Assembly: GCA_002269645.1 (NCBI GenBank) | Contig: NIVC01003284.1 | Location: forward strand, 57,273-106,585 | Reading direction: 5' to 3' | Length of the DNA stretch: 49,313 bases | Source of the DNA: Macrostomum lignano | Taxonomy: Eukaryota | Shown: positions 19,561 through 32,611 of the stretch, piece by piece | Layout: the number at the start of each line of letters is the position of its first letter | How positions within the stretch are numbered: position 1 is the stretch's first letter | Program-made: the position numbers and the translations under genes | The notes under the pieces: model-generated | What the model was told of the DNA's origin: nothing | Database searches by the model: none | The model's input: only the letters and a program-made list of their open reading frames with translations

Positions 19561-22500
19561 TACCCAGGAAAATGTGCTAAATGGCATCTACTAGGCACTT
19601 CTTTGCTATACACTTAGTATCAAATTCTGCGAGACCATCTCAAATTCCAATCTCGACTAGCATATTGGCCTTCTGCCTCTTAGTGTTATCCTGCAATGGC
19701 GGCAATAAACCGTTGCTAGCCACATTCTGCAACAGCATAGTTGCAATGAAGCCAACCCTCTTGCAATGGTGGCTGCTTCACTTTTTCTTGATCAAAATTT
19801 AGTAGCTACTCTAATTATATATATAGACTATACCAAACTTGAACTTAATCATTTTTATGCTAACTGCATATATACATACATTGATTGGGATTCAGAACTT
19901 TGGTCCTACCTGCTATCTCAGCAATCTGTATATGCCAAGCTATATACCATAGGATATACCAGGCCTCTCAGCTCTCTGTATGCCAATGGTATATACTAGA
20001 TCCCTTTATCCATAGTAAGGAAGATGGCCTTTTTTACAAAAATGTCTAGTACAAAAAAGGATTAGACATATGTCACACAAGCACATTCCAGCACAACAAC
20101 AAGCAAGAAGGAAAAATTCTAGTATACATGATGTATGTACATACTCCCAAAGTCTAGGCTTTAACAAATAAACGTTATTATTTTTGCCTTAAAATGGAAT
20201 TCCTTTAAATGGAAACATCAATTTTATTTAAAAGCAGCCTTCTTGAGATGCTAGAGCATTTGTATAAGGAGGCAAAGTACAACAAACTGAAAAAACACCT
20301 GTTGTACATATTTAGTCTAATTTATAGATCATATATTTATTATGAATGGGACACCAATTTAAACTAAAGGCCTATGTTAAAAAATTTGATCCAAAATTAA
20401 AAAGCTGAAAAATGATATTTTTAAACTAGTAACAATTGTTAAAAGTTTAAGTTTATTAGTTGAAGAACATATAGATATTCTTTTTGAAATAATAGGAAAA
20501 ATATAAGCCTATAATAGGGCCTAGTAGCTAATATAAACTTTTATGCAGGCAGAAATATCTAGAAATTTATATATCTTAATATCTAAATCTACATTAGCGG
20601 CTAGCCTAGGCCTCCTATATATAGTATAATAGCAAATCTCAGTATCTTAGTATCTTAATAGTACTTTGTAGTCTATATAATATAGGGCCTAGCCTATTGG
20701 TGAAAATATAGGGCCTATATAACTATAAGCTTATAATTTTGTTTAGGCCTAGGGGCCTATTTGAATTATAGTTTTTCTAGCCATATATTATTAGTTTATT
20801 AATTTATACTTAATAATCTTTTATTTTATAAATTAAATTTAAACTATTAATTTTATAACTGAATAACCTATATCAATATATTATGCATATGGCCATATTA
20901 TAAAGCTTTATATATTATAGCATATCTATAATATACTACCTAGGTCCTATAGCACATCATTTGATATTAGATTAGATGCGTAGTTACCTCAGGTAGGCTA
21001 GGCTCTAGTTTTTATTAGTAAACAACAATTCTGAAGTTCTGGCCTTCTGTTGCTGACAATACTAATGGAATTGGTAATGGGCATAGTAGTGATGGAGCCT
21101 CTTCACGGCAATCGATTCTCGAAGCAGAATCGGTTCAAATTTCCAAGAAAAAAAGCAGTATAACTATTTAACTTTGTTGAATGTTTGACTGCCTTAACAG
21201 CCTCACTTTGCACAATTTTTCACTTTCTTCTTGGCTATTGCCATTCAATAATCACAATTTTAAAGCACTAATATCCCTCTAGTTTAGGAGACTAAAAGTT
21301 ATACTTTACAAATTGCTTCTGGTTCTAGAACCAGAACAAGCAATATGAAGAGCCTCATGATATGATAGTCACAATAATTTTAAATTTATTTGACATTTTT
21401 TACGTTTAAGGCCTCCAAAATTACTGGCTCACGCGTTTAAGACGTATTCATACACATCAAGGACGAGTGAGTGACGACTCTACTTGAGTCGACCTTCGGA
21501 CCTTGGTACACATCCGCATAAATGAATCAAACTTTCGAAACCCACTAGTGAAAATAAAAAACAACTAAACTGACTATTGTGGCCGGTGGGTTGCCATTGC
21601 CACTGTGTGAGAAGACTAATTTTTTGCATGGAATTTTTTAATTTTGTCTACTGTCTGACGGCTTGACGTCAGGAATTTTCCCGTTTGTGGCCCAATTCAA
21701 TTTTCTTGTCCCCATTTCGGTTCCCTATTTTCTATTCATTGGCCCTTTTGCGTCCCTTTTTTGGTTTTGTTAGTTTTTCGCTACTTATCCGGTGTCTTTT
21801 TTGCGCTTGTCCATCGCATGTTTAATTTGTGCCCACCCTTTTGCCCAAAGCCTGCCCCATTGCTTGGATCGCCTTTTGAGGCCTATTTTAACCCCCCCCC
21901 CCGATTTTTCGAGTGCTCTCCCCTCTCCCCTCCTCCTTCCACACCTTAGCCTAACGTCGTGACCCTTAACTTTTACTTTGCTTAACTTTGATATACTTAA
22001 CCACAGCAACTTGCGTTTAACTCAGTTTTATTAGTTCTCCTACGTAGCCCCGCGCCTCGGCGCCCACGAATCTATCTCCGTCGTTAGATAATAACTTAGA
22101 AATTTAGTATAGGTGGATTTTAGTAAACAATACCCTGCTACCTAACTAATAAATCACAATAATAATAATAACCGTTTGGCAACATTCATTCGTTGATCAA
22201 TAAGAGCCCATATAGCTTTATCTTGAGTCATTTGCCCGTGGGGCGTAAAATAACCAAATCGTTCTCATCTCTACGCGAGCTCTGAGGAATTAACGTTTCG
22301 TAATACTACGTATACAGTGGTGGCAGCGCTACTCTACTGACAGTAATCAACCAACTGATGGGTTTTGACCTCTCGGCCCCCTTTTGGGGAAGCCTTCGGG
22401 CCTCAGGTCTCAGGACGCTTTTATCGACATGAGTTAAGGTCGTGTGGACAAACCCCAGAGTCTAGCTGCCTTTGGGCCTAGGCATCACGTACGTATATTC

Positions 22501-22933
22501 GAACTGCAAGACAACCCACGGCAGAAAAAATGCGGCCTATATATAGACAAACGTACAGGGCTGCCGCAGATCTTCGCAGATAGTAGACGAGCTGCAACTG
22601 ACATGTCGAAAGTTACGTCGCCAGTGCGTCAGCGTCTCGGCTCAAAATCGTAAAATTGTCCGTAGTGTCCTGCATGTCAGATTTAGAGGAATTGTGCCGC
22701 TTCACCCCATCTGTAGAGCGTTGGTGGTATGTGGACCAGGGCCCATCACTTTGGCATCGGTCGCAACGGCAGAGACGGCGGCTTGAATGACATCGTCAAC
22801 AGCATCAGCACCAGAGCATCCTCCATGCAAATCCTATATACATGTACCTTCTCACTCGGTATCACGAACAGCTCGATCATTTTATAATTATGTACATGTG
22901 TACGCTAAATAGAGCGTTCATGTCTCAAAGGCA

Positions 22934-22936
<3 letters not shown>

Positions 22937-22995
<59 letters not shown>
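22937..22995. repeat. (GT)n microsatellite
   Basis: Directly visible. Confidence 0.97.
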
Positions 22996-23017
<22 letters not shown>

Positions 23018-23740
23018 GCATCCGGGGAGCTGAGCTAATATAAAATTTACAAGTACATGTACATGCGCGTACATGTACTTAAATGTCCTAGCATGAACTG
23101 TACGTGTACAGTGAAACATTCAAACTCTTATAAGCTCAAACTAACACGGGCATATAAACGTATGCATGTACATATGTAGCACATAAGGTATAGAAATAAT
23201 CTGTACATGTCATAGATGAACCTACCTAGCTCTTGCCTTGTTATGTACTCTACATGCATGTACATACATGCAGGGCCTATACAGTATCAATAGGTTTACT
23301 GTACAGTGTAGCAGTTGACAGTTCCAACGGATATTTATATAATTTATTACCAAAACTTCTGGAAAAAGTATAATATGCTCGCAAATGCACATAGCAAGGC
23401 TCCGTAAGTATATCTTGACAAGGCCCAGGGTATGCCACATAACACAGGCTGAACTTGATTGCAGTAAATAGAACTTGTACGTTAGCCTGGGTTGCCATGC
23501 AGGTTTGAATATCAGCTGATTTTATCAGCAGCATTAGTGCGGTGCTGCATGGGTCACCAGCGACTGCTGTACGAGCGTACATATGCGTGTAAAATCTACA
23601 TGCATTTTACAGCTTGTATACAGTCTCAATTGCAGTCCAGTTTAAACCTGCAGAGTGATGTTTCCAGGGTTCCAAATTGATTAAGAAGCGCTGCAGTTTG
23701 CGGCACGGCTCGACAGCTAAGACAGAGCTACTCGTAGATA

Positions 23741-26700
23741 ATGGAAGGTTTTCGTCTAGTGCCGTTAGTAACTCTGGTGGCCTTCCTGCTGCTCTGTTGT
23801 CGGTCTTCATCTGCTCGACCGGAGGCCTCTACCTGCGGCTACAACGCCTGCCCGAAGCCCGTGCCAGGTAGGGTCAACGTCCACCTGGTGCCGCACACGC
23901 ACGACGATGTTGGCTGGCTGATGACAGTTGACCAGTACTACTACTATCAGGTGCAGTTCATTCTGGACACTGTGGTGGAAGAGCTGCTCATTAATCCGGA
24001 TAGAAAGTTTACGTACGTTGAGATAGCCTACTTCTTCAGGTGGTGGCGAGAGCAGAGCGCCGATAAGCAGGCTAAGGTGAGCGTCATTTATTGTGATTTA
24101 TTGTGAGCCGGGTTGCTCGGCAAATTGTCGATTCAAACTTCGCAGGCTTTCATTTTTACGCTGGTTTCTTGCCAACGTTGAGGGAATTTTAATGTGAAAT
24201 TTGGGGTGGTTAAAGTACTTTAAGTACCTGTTTTGCTCGAAATTGGGGATTCGAAAATTGGAGGTGTGAAGTTCGGTGATCTGCAGTTTGGAAATGTGAA
24301 GATTGGAGATGTGAAGATTGGATATGTGAAGATTGAGGGATGTGAAGATTGGAGATGTTAAGATTGTGGGATGTGAAGGTTGTGGATGTGAAGATTGTGG
24401 GATGTGAAGACTGAAGGATGTGAAGATTGGAGATGTGAAGATTGGGGGTGTAAAGATTGAGGGGATATTAAGATTGATGATAATAAGTTTAAGAAGAATA
24501 TGAAGCTGGGGGAATGTGAGGCTTAGGGGATATGAAGTTTGAGGGTCTGAAGTTTTCGAATAAGAATGTTGTGGTTTTGAACTCACCAGAAAGGTAAATG
24601 AGTACCATTTTAGCAATTTATCGCTCCCGCCAACACGCAGGTGAAACAGCTGGTGCAGAACGGTCAGCTGCAGTTTGCCCAGGGCGGCTGGTCCATGGAC
24701 GACGAGGCGGCAACCCACTACGTGGACATCATCGACCAGCACACGCAGGGACTCCGGTTTCTCAACGACACTTTCGGCGACTGCGGCAGGCCTCGGGTTG
24801 CCTGGCAGGTGGACCCGTTCGGGCACAGCAAAGAGCACGCCGCAATGATGGCGCTGATGGGCTACGACGGGCTGTACTTTGGCCGCATCGACTATCAGGA
24901 TCAGGCGATTAGGCGGAAGACGCGGCGCATGGAGATGGTAGGCTGATCACAGATCTTCGGATAGTCGGGGGAACGATCGAGAGTGAGATACGGAGAGTCA
25001 GGAAACGGAGAGTCAGACACGGACAATCAGTCAGGGAACGAGAGTCAGACACGGACAGTGAGAGTCAGACACGGACAGTGAGAGTCAGACACGGACAGTG
25101 AGAGTCAGACACGGACAGTGAGAGTCAGACACGGACAGTGAGAGTCAGACACGGACAGTGAGAACCAGACACGGACAGTGAGAGTCAGACACGGACAGTG
25201 AGAGTCATACACGGACAGTGAGAGTCAGACACGGACAGTGAGAGTCAGACACGGACAGTGAGAATCAGACACGGACAGTGAGAGTCAGACACGGACAGTG
25301 AGAGTCAGACACGGACAGTGAGAGTCAGACACGGACAGTGAGAGTCAGACACGGACAGTGAGAGTCAGACACGGACAGTGAGAGTCAGACACGGACAGTG
25401 AGAGTCATACACGGAGAGTGAGAGTCAGACACGGACAGTGAGAGTCATACACGGACAGTGAGAGTCAGACACGGACAGTGCGAGTCAGACCGGAAAGTGA
25501 GAGTCAGACACGGACAGTGAGAGTCATACACGGACAGTGAGAGTCATACACGGAGAGTGAGAGTCATACACGGACAGTGAGAGTCAGACACGGACAGTGA
25601 GAGTCAGACACGGACAGTGAGAGTCAGACACGGACAGTGAGAGTCAGACACGGACAGTGAGAGTCAGACACGGACAGTGAGAGTCAGACACGGACAGTGA
25701 GAGTCAGACACGGACAGTGAGAGTCAGACACGGACAGTGAGAGTCATACACGGACAGTGAGAGTCAGACACGGACAGTGAGAGTCAGACACGGACAGTCA
25801 GAGACTGAGAGCCGGTGGGAATGAGACACACCGAGAGTCAATCACACCTAATTGACAGTCCTCCGACAACAACAGGTGTGGCAGGCCAGCCAGGATATCG
25901 GCAGTCCTCAGACGGATCTGTTTTCTGGCAAGCTGTACGATGGCTACGGCCAGCCAGGAGGCTTCAGCTTCGAGACGGGCGACCAGCCCGTGCAGGACGA
26001 CCCGCAGCTCTACGACTTCAATGTGGAGCAGAAGGTCAAACAGTTCGTCGACATGGTGAACACTCGCCGGCAGGTGTACAGCTCCGATCATCTCATGCTG
26101 ACTATGGGTAACGATTTTCAATACCAGAATGCCCGCAAGAACTTCAAAATCTTCGACAAGCTGATCAAGGCGGTGAACAACCGTACTGCGGCGCACAATG
26201 TCACAGTGTACTACAGTACGCCAAGCTGCTACACAAAATCAGTGCACGATCAGAACCTGGTGTGGACGGTAAAGAGTGACGACTTCTATCCGTACGGATT
26301 CGATGCTCACTCGTTCTTGACTGGCTTCTTCACCAGCCGGGCCGCTCTCAAGCGCTACGTGCGAACCGCTTCGAACCAGTTCCAGGCCGTCAAGCAGACA
26401 GCCTGCCTGGCTGGCTTGCAGCGGGATGGCGCGGAGCCCGACGCAAGAATTGATCCCCTGCGCCAGGCTTTGGGCGTTGTGCAGCATCACGATGGAGTGT
26501 CCGGTGAGTAGTGGATATTAGAGTATTGTTAATGAGTATTGGAGCGCGGCGTTTCAGTGAATAGATGCCCAGAGGTGAAATACGGGCAGGGTGTAGAATT
26601 GGGGCAGGGTGTAGAATCTGGGGCAGGGTGTAGAATTGGGGCAGGGTGTAGAATCTGGGGCAGGGTGTAGAATCTGGGGCAGGGTGTAGAATCTGGGGCA

Positions 26701-29700
26701 GGGTGTAGAATCTGGGGCAGGGTGTAGAATCTGGGGCAGGGTGTAGAATCTGGGGCAGGGTGTAGAATCTGGGGCAGGGTGTAGAATCTGGGGCAGGGTG
26801 TAGAATCTGGGGCAGGGTGTAGAATCTGGGGCAGGGTGTAGAATCTGGGGCAGGGTGTAGAATCTGGGGCAGGGTGTAGAATCTGGGGCAGGGTGTAGAA
26901 TTAGGAGCAGAGTGAAGAGTTGAGGATAGGGTGTGGTATTGAGGGCAGGACAGGGTTTAGTCGAATTGGTGATATTGTAGAAAACACCCTTTTCATATGT
27001 ATGATTGTTCGGTATAAAATTACACAGCACTTCTGCATTAACAACCCATCGGATCACATGTGCTCACATTGATGGGGTCGCTGTTTTGCAGGCACGGAGA
27101 GGCAGCTAGTTGCCTACGACTATGCGCTGCGAATCTCCAACGGAATCGACCGGGCCTACCCGGTGCTGCAATCTGCTTTGGCGAATCTCACCGGAGACAG
27201 CGCCGCCTACTCAGGCATGTCTACCTGCGGCCTGGCTAATATCTCCTACTGCCCGTTCACCGACTCCAACACCGACTTCTACCTGCACTTTTATAACCCG
27301 GTGAGTCACCCGGTATGGCACCTGGCCAGAATACCGGTTACCGGGCGCTACTACGTCGTTAGCGACGAACATGGCCAGGCGGTGATGTCGCAGACTATCC
27401 CGGTGAATAATGGTACTCTGCGAGTACCTGAACGGGCAGGTGCGAAATCCACCTGCGAGCTGGTGTTCAACGTGTCAGCCATTCCAGCCATGGGATTCGC
27501 TGTCTACCGAGTGGCTGCCGCGGCCCCCGGCTCTCCAGGCGTCTCAACGTTCACCCCGATCCGGCTGCTGTTCGGGGGCTACGGCAGGGGCAAGATCTCG
27601 GCATCGAAGACGAAGGCGGACTGGCTGAGTCAGCACACTGGCTGCGGAGTGCCCAGCATGGCTTATTATTACGGATATCCGGGCAACAATTCTAGAGCAG
27701 AGTTCAGAGCCTCCGGCGCTTATGTGCTTCGGTGAGATCTTCAATGACCTATGTATGCTTTTCTTACCCTAGTCACACTTGTCACCCTAAAAAAATCGAA
27801 CCCACTTTCAGGCCAACCAGGCAGACCCCGGAGCAGTTCTCACTCGAGCAAATCGCTGGCGTATTCGGCCCGGTGGTGAACGAGACTCACCTGCTCTGGT
27901 CCGACTGGGCCTACCAGGTGTTGCGCAAATTTTCCAACAATGGCGACTCGCTGCAGTACAATGAGAACGAGCTCACAGTCGGCCCGATTCCCTACGACGC
28001 CAACACCGGGCGAGAGGTGATTGTGCGCTACGACTCACAGCTGAGCAGCTCGGCTACTTTCTATACCGACGCAAACGGTCGGCAGGTGATGCGTCGAGTG
28101 CGCGATTACCGACCAAGCTGGCCGCTGCAGCAGACGGAGAAGGTGGCCGGGAACTATTATCCCGTCCCTAGCCAGATCTTCATCAACCAGAGCGACGGCG
28201 CCTCTTTCACGGTGCTCACTGACAGAAGCGAAGGCGGCAGCAGCATCAATGACGGGCAGATTGAGGTGAAAAATGCAGGGCAGTCTTTAATTACTCACCT
28301 GACCTGTCACACAGAGCTCGCGCGAGCACATTCACAATAGTGTGTGCACTAATCGCCCTGACTTTCTTTAACATCAGTAATGTACACTGGTGTACATGTA
28401 TCTCAGTAATGCATTTTGCAGTGAAAACCGGCCTGTTGGTTTGGTTGTCCATACGTACACCCTGTGTGAGCCTGTGTACGTATCCGTGTTTAAAGGACCA
28501 CTAGAACGTTAGCGTTGTGTCACGGTATCCCGCTGAAAATTTTACCGTAGACAAGAATCGCCAAAGAATCACTTGTGACTCTAGCGACTCTGGGGAGACT
28601 CAAACGACTGTAATGAAACGGAGAGGCTACTGTTGAGTCACGAGAGCATCGCGTCAGTTGCAAGAGTTGTAAAAGAGTCGCCCAATAGTCGTTGTGTGGG
28701 CGCATAATGTTCTACAAACTCAAGCAGACTAAATACAGTTGTTTTACAAATGTGAAATGGAGTTTTATTTTATAAAGCGACGCAGATGAGAATTAGACGC
28801 AATTCAGTGATTCTAGCTCGTACAGGGACTCTAGCACGCGTCAGATACGAGACATGATCTACGGGCCCAGAGTAATGAAAGGTCATGAAACATGAAAATT
28901 TCCATACGTACGAGCGTATAAACAATAAAAATGCTCAAATTGACTCTTAGGTGACTCTTTAACGACATTTTGGTCGACTTTTACTGCGACATCTCGTCGT
29001 TTTTTAGTCGTCTAGAGTCACTTCTTTTCTATTTTACCTGTGTTACCTGCCAAGACTCTGGAACGACTCTGGGGCGATGCAAGGGACTCTGATTGAGATG
29101 CTTCTTAGCCTAGGTACGACTCGTCGGGTATGACTGCAAAAAACATTGCGCATAGTCAATAATCTACTGTACGCCTGTCGTTCCCGCATGTACGCTCGTA
29201 GATATACATGTGCATGTAAAGACGAACTTTGGGCCATCTTAAAGAGAACAAAATGTCAAACTACCTGACGAAAAATTATCATTTTAAGTGCAACTGATCC
29301 TGAGTCATGAGCATTTAAAGTTTAGCTGCAATGCTTACAAGCGGACCTTCAAATATAATTTTGCAATATTTAAGCGTGCTACGTTCTGCTACAAGCTGGC
29401 AACGATCTAGAGGTCTTTGATGTGTGTGTGCTCAGGGGTCAGCGAAATGACACTGCGGGTTGGCTGTTTATTTTCGGCAGTGCTTAAAGCATCCCTGCAA
29501 GCTAGTAGCAAACTATATGTACATGTACACATGTACACTTTTAATCACTGTCTTCCTTTTTCATCCGCATTTCGAATTATCAGATCATGCTTCATCGAAT
29601 CACGGCTCGCGACGACGCTCTAGGCCTCGGCGAAGCGCTGCAAGAGAAAGGCAGCGATGGTCGCGGCCTGGTTGTCAAGGTAACGCACTGGTTCGCAGCT

Positions 29701-30189
29701 GACCAATCGCTGTCGTCCGCTAGTCGTCGCCGACGCGAGCTGGCCAATCGCCGCTACCGAGAGCCGCTGATTGGCTACCTGACCGCGGAGCCCAAGGTCA
29801 AAAGATGGAGCGGACTGCGTCGGCCCCTGCCTGAGAATGTCCAGGTGGTGACTCTGGACGACTGGCGCGGGCCGAACACAAAGCTGCTTCGACTGGAGCA
29901 TCTGTACCAGACAGGTGAGCACCCCGCACTGTCCCAGCCCGTCACCGTGGCTCTCGGCCAGATGTTCGCCACCTTCGACATACTCGGTGCAATGGAGCTG
30001 AGTCTGGCTGCCAACCAGTATTTGGCGTCAATGCAGCGGCTGCAGTGGCGGACGACCGCAGCCGGAGGCTCGGCCGACCAGAACGCTGCCAGAGAGGCAG
30101 TCGAGAGGCGACAGCTCGACCAGAACCTGACAGTGACGCTGCGACCGATGCAACTTCGCACCTTTGTAGTGCAGGTGCAGTACTTGTGA
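23741..30189 (+). CDS. MAN2B1: Lysosomal alpha-mannosidase (glycoside hydrolase family 38), 6 exons, about 986 aa, intact
   Basis: Exons are 23741-24076, 24641-24937, 25876-26503, 27092-27731, 27812-28265 and 29584-30189 (phases 0, 0, 1, 2, 0 consistent). Features include a signal peptide, the Zn-binding HTHDDVGW, the nucleophile motif [40 protein letters not shown] and DRSEGGSS. Confidence 0.93.
24270..24470. repeat. Degenerate ~15-bp repeat (GATGTGAAGATTGGA)n in MAN2B1 intron 1
   Basis: Directly visible. Confidence 0.8.
25003..25800. repeat. 20-bp minisatellite in MAN2B1 intron 2, about 39 copies
   Basis: Unit AGAGTCAGACACGGACAGTG. Confidence 0.97.
26583..26900. repeat. 19-bp G-rich minisatellite in MAN2B1 intron 3, about 16 copies
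   Basis: Unit GCAGGGTGTAGAATCTGGG. Confidence 0.97.
28300..28390 (-). repeat. Diverged family-2 SINE fragment in MAN2B1 intron 5
   Basis: The minus strand reads GTGTACATTACTGATGTTAAAGAAAGTCAGGGCG, matching the family core. Confidence 0.4.
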
Positions 30190-31194
30190 ACCCATCGATA
30201 CCGTGTCGGTGCTGCTTCGATGGCTAAAAAACTTTGCTTCTTTGATAAAAACTACCGCGATGACAGTTGTTAAAAACTGTCTGTGTTTGCAGGTTTTGCC
30301 TAGGTTGTTCCTAAATTGCTTCTGGGTTGATCCTGAGTTGCCAGTTAAGTTTTAAAGTGTTAGTGCACTGGCTACATGTCTAAGCGTGTGTAAAATAATT
30401 GCGTCAAATGCGCTTATTCTCGCGTAAAGTGGCGTGCGGAAATCACGTAAAAAGTGGCAAAAATTGCGCATTTTACGTACCGGTACATGTACGTCGGCTG
30501 CGTGCGTTCTATGCGCGAGATCTACGCGTGTAGAACGTGTGTTACACGCCGGAGTTCTGAGATAGGAGTCTGGGACGCTTCTTGATCCTTGGTAGCGTTT
30601 TCAATCATGCATTAATTGCAGAGAGTTTCTCAATCCGTTTTCTATCAAATTTTCACTTACTTATAACAATATGTTTCGTCTTTTAACTCGGTCAGAAGTT
30701 CCTAACCGCAATATCATAAAAAATTCTCTGATCAAATTTTTCGACTTTTTCGAGTCAAATATTCAAATGATTTTTCTAAAAATCTAAGCCCTATACTTAT
30801 TCACAGATCAATTATTATTGCGATCAAAGAACTCGTAACTGTTTCAATACCTGCATCTTATTCACCATTTTGAAACTACCTGTCTGAAGCATCAATACAT
30901 TGATAAGCATTACACTACCCATTGACACGCAAATAGGACAATATATGGTATTGTCCATAAGCGAACGCAGTTTAATGAGTAATTACTCAGTATATAGCAG
31001 ATTTTGTGGCGAAAAGAAATTAAATGACAAGCGTACGAACGCTCGTACGCAGTTATCATGCAGAATATTCTTGTCGTTATAACCAACGGTAGAATAATTT
31101 GATTGAGGTCGACATTATATAGGCCACTCCACACCCCAGATGGTTCATTAAGCACTGTCTTTATGTCAATTTGACTCGCAATCCTATACATTCA

Positions 31195-31532
31195 CGTCCT
31201 ACAATTCAACATCCAAGTCCAGCAATCCAACATCCCCGTCCTGCAATCCAGAACATCCACGCAATCCAACATCCACGTCCTACAATTCAACACCCACGTT
31301 CTACAATCTAACATCCGCGTCCTGCAATCCAACATCCACGTCCTGCAATCCAACATCCACGTCCTGCAATCCAACATCCACGTCCTGCAATCCAACATCC
31401 ACGTCCTGAAATCCAACATCCACGCGTCCTGCAATCCACAACATCCACGCCATCCAATATCCACGTCCTGCAATCCAACATCCACATCTTACAATCCAAT
31501 ATCCCACGTCTTACAATCCAACATCCACATCC
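31195..31532. repeat. 21-bp minisatellite, about 16 degenerate copies
   Basis: Unit CACGTCCTGCAATCCAACATC. Confidence 0.9.
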
Positions 31533-32039
31533 ACAAATTAATGTGATCCCGCACAGAATCGGGCCCAAGACTTTGGCACGTGAGTCAGATCAGATACTCT
31601 GTCCTCTATGTCACGCATTTCAAGTACTTCAGATATACATGCCTATCGCTTGTGGCCATCTCCTGCAGACAGCGGCTCGTACCTCCCTGACCAGCGCCAG
31701 CCCTGAATGGTGATGAGCAGCTCCTATATATTCGAAACCCTATATACTGCATGGACGAAAGCCACTCCGGATGTCGTTGGCTGCATTCTAAAGTGCAACA
31801 CCGCCGCTAACAACTGACTGGCGGTGCTTTTTAACCGACAGATTCGGCTCGGTTACCTGCTAAAGCTCGCTTTGGTGCCGCAGAGCACCGTATAGAGGGA
31901 GAGTTCTATGCTCGTGGCTAAAATTCTTTCGTACATATTCTTCTCATCGATATTCACTAAACATGTCTTTGTGATGCTTAGTTTGATTGGTTTGCAAAAT
32001 ATTGGACCTTGGGTCTTTTGAAACTTTGCAATAGCAATC

Positions 32040-32406
32040 TGGCCCGCTCAAGGTTTGTGTCTTTTCTCTTCTCTCTCCCCTCTCTCTTCTCTACCCTCTC
32101 TCCTCTCTCCCCCTCTCTTCTCTTCCCTCTCTCCTCTCTCCCCTCTTTTTCTCTCCCCTCTCTCCTCTCTCCCCCTCTCTTCTCTCCCCTCTCTCCTCTC
32201 TCCCCTCTCTTCTCTTCCCTCTCTACCCTCTCTCCTCTCTCCCCTCTCTCCCTCTCTCTTCTCTCCCCTCTCTCCCTCTCTCTTCTCTCCCCTCTCTCCT
32301 CTCTCCCCCTCTCTTCTCTTCCCTCTCTACCCTCTCTCCTCTCTCCCCTCTCTTCTCTCCCCTATTTACCCTCTCTCCTCTCTACCTCTTTATTCTCTAC
32401 CTTCTC

Positions 32407-32450
<44 letters not shown>

Positions 32451-32611
32451 CCTTCTCTCGTCTCTCCCCACTTTCTCCTCTTGTCTTCTTTCTTATCTCT
32501 TCTCCCTCATCACTTATCTTCCATTCCTTCTTCTTTCCTCTCTCATCTGGACCGCAGCCATGAGCTGGATTCTTCATCTGGCCCTCGAGATAAAAAGTTT
32601 GTCAACCCCGG
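32040..32611. mobile_element. hAT-like MITE with CT-rich interior (copy 2, inverted relative to 2308-2917; one end incomplete)
   Basis: GGCCCGCTCAAGGTTTGTGTCTTTTCTCTT matches the reverse complement of 2815-2838. The reverse complement of the right end, CGGGGTTGACAAACTTTTTATCTCGAGGGCCAGA, resembles 2308-2342. Confidence 0.45.
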
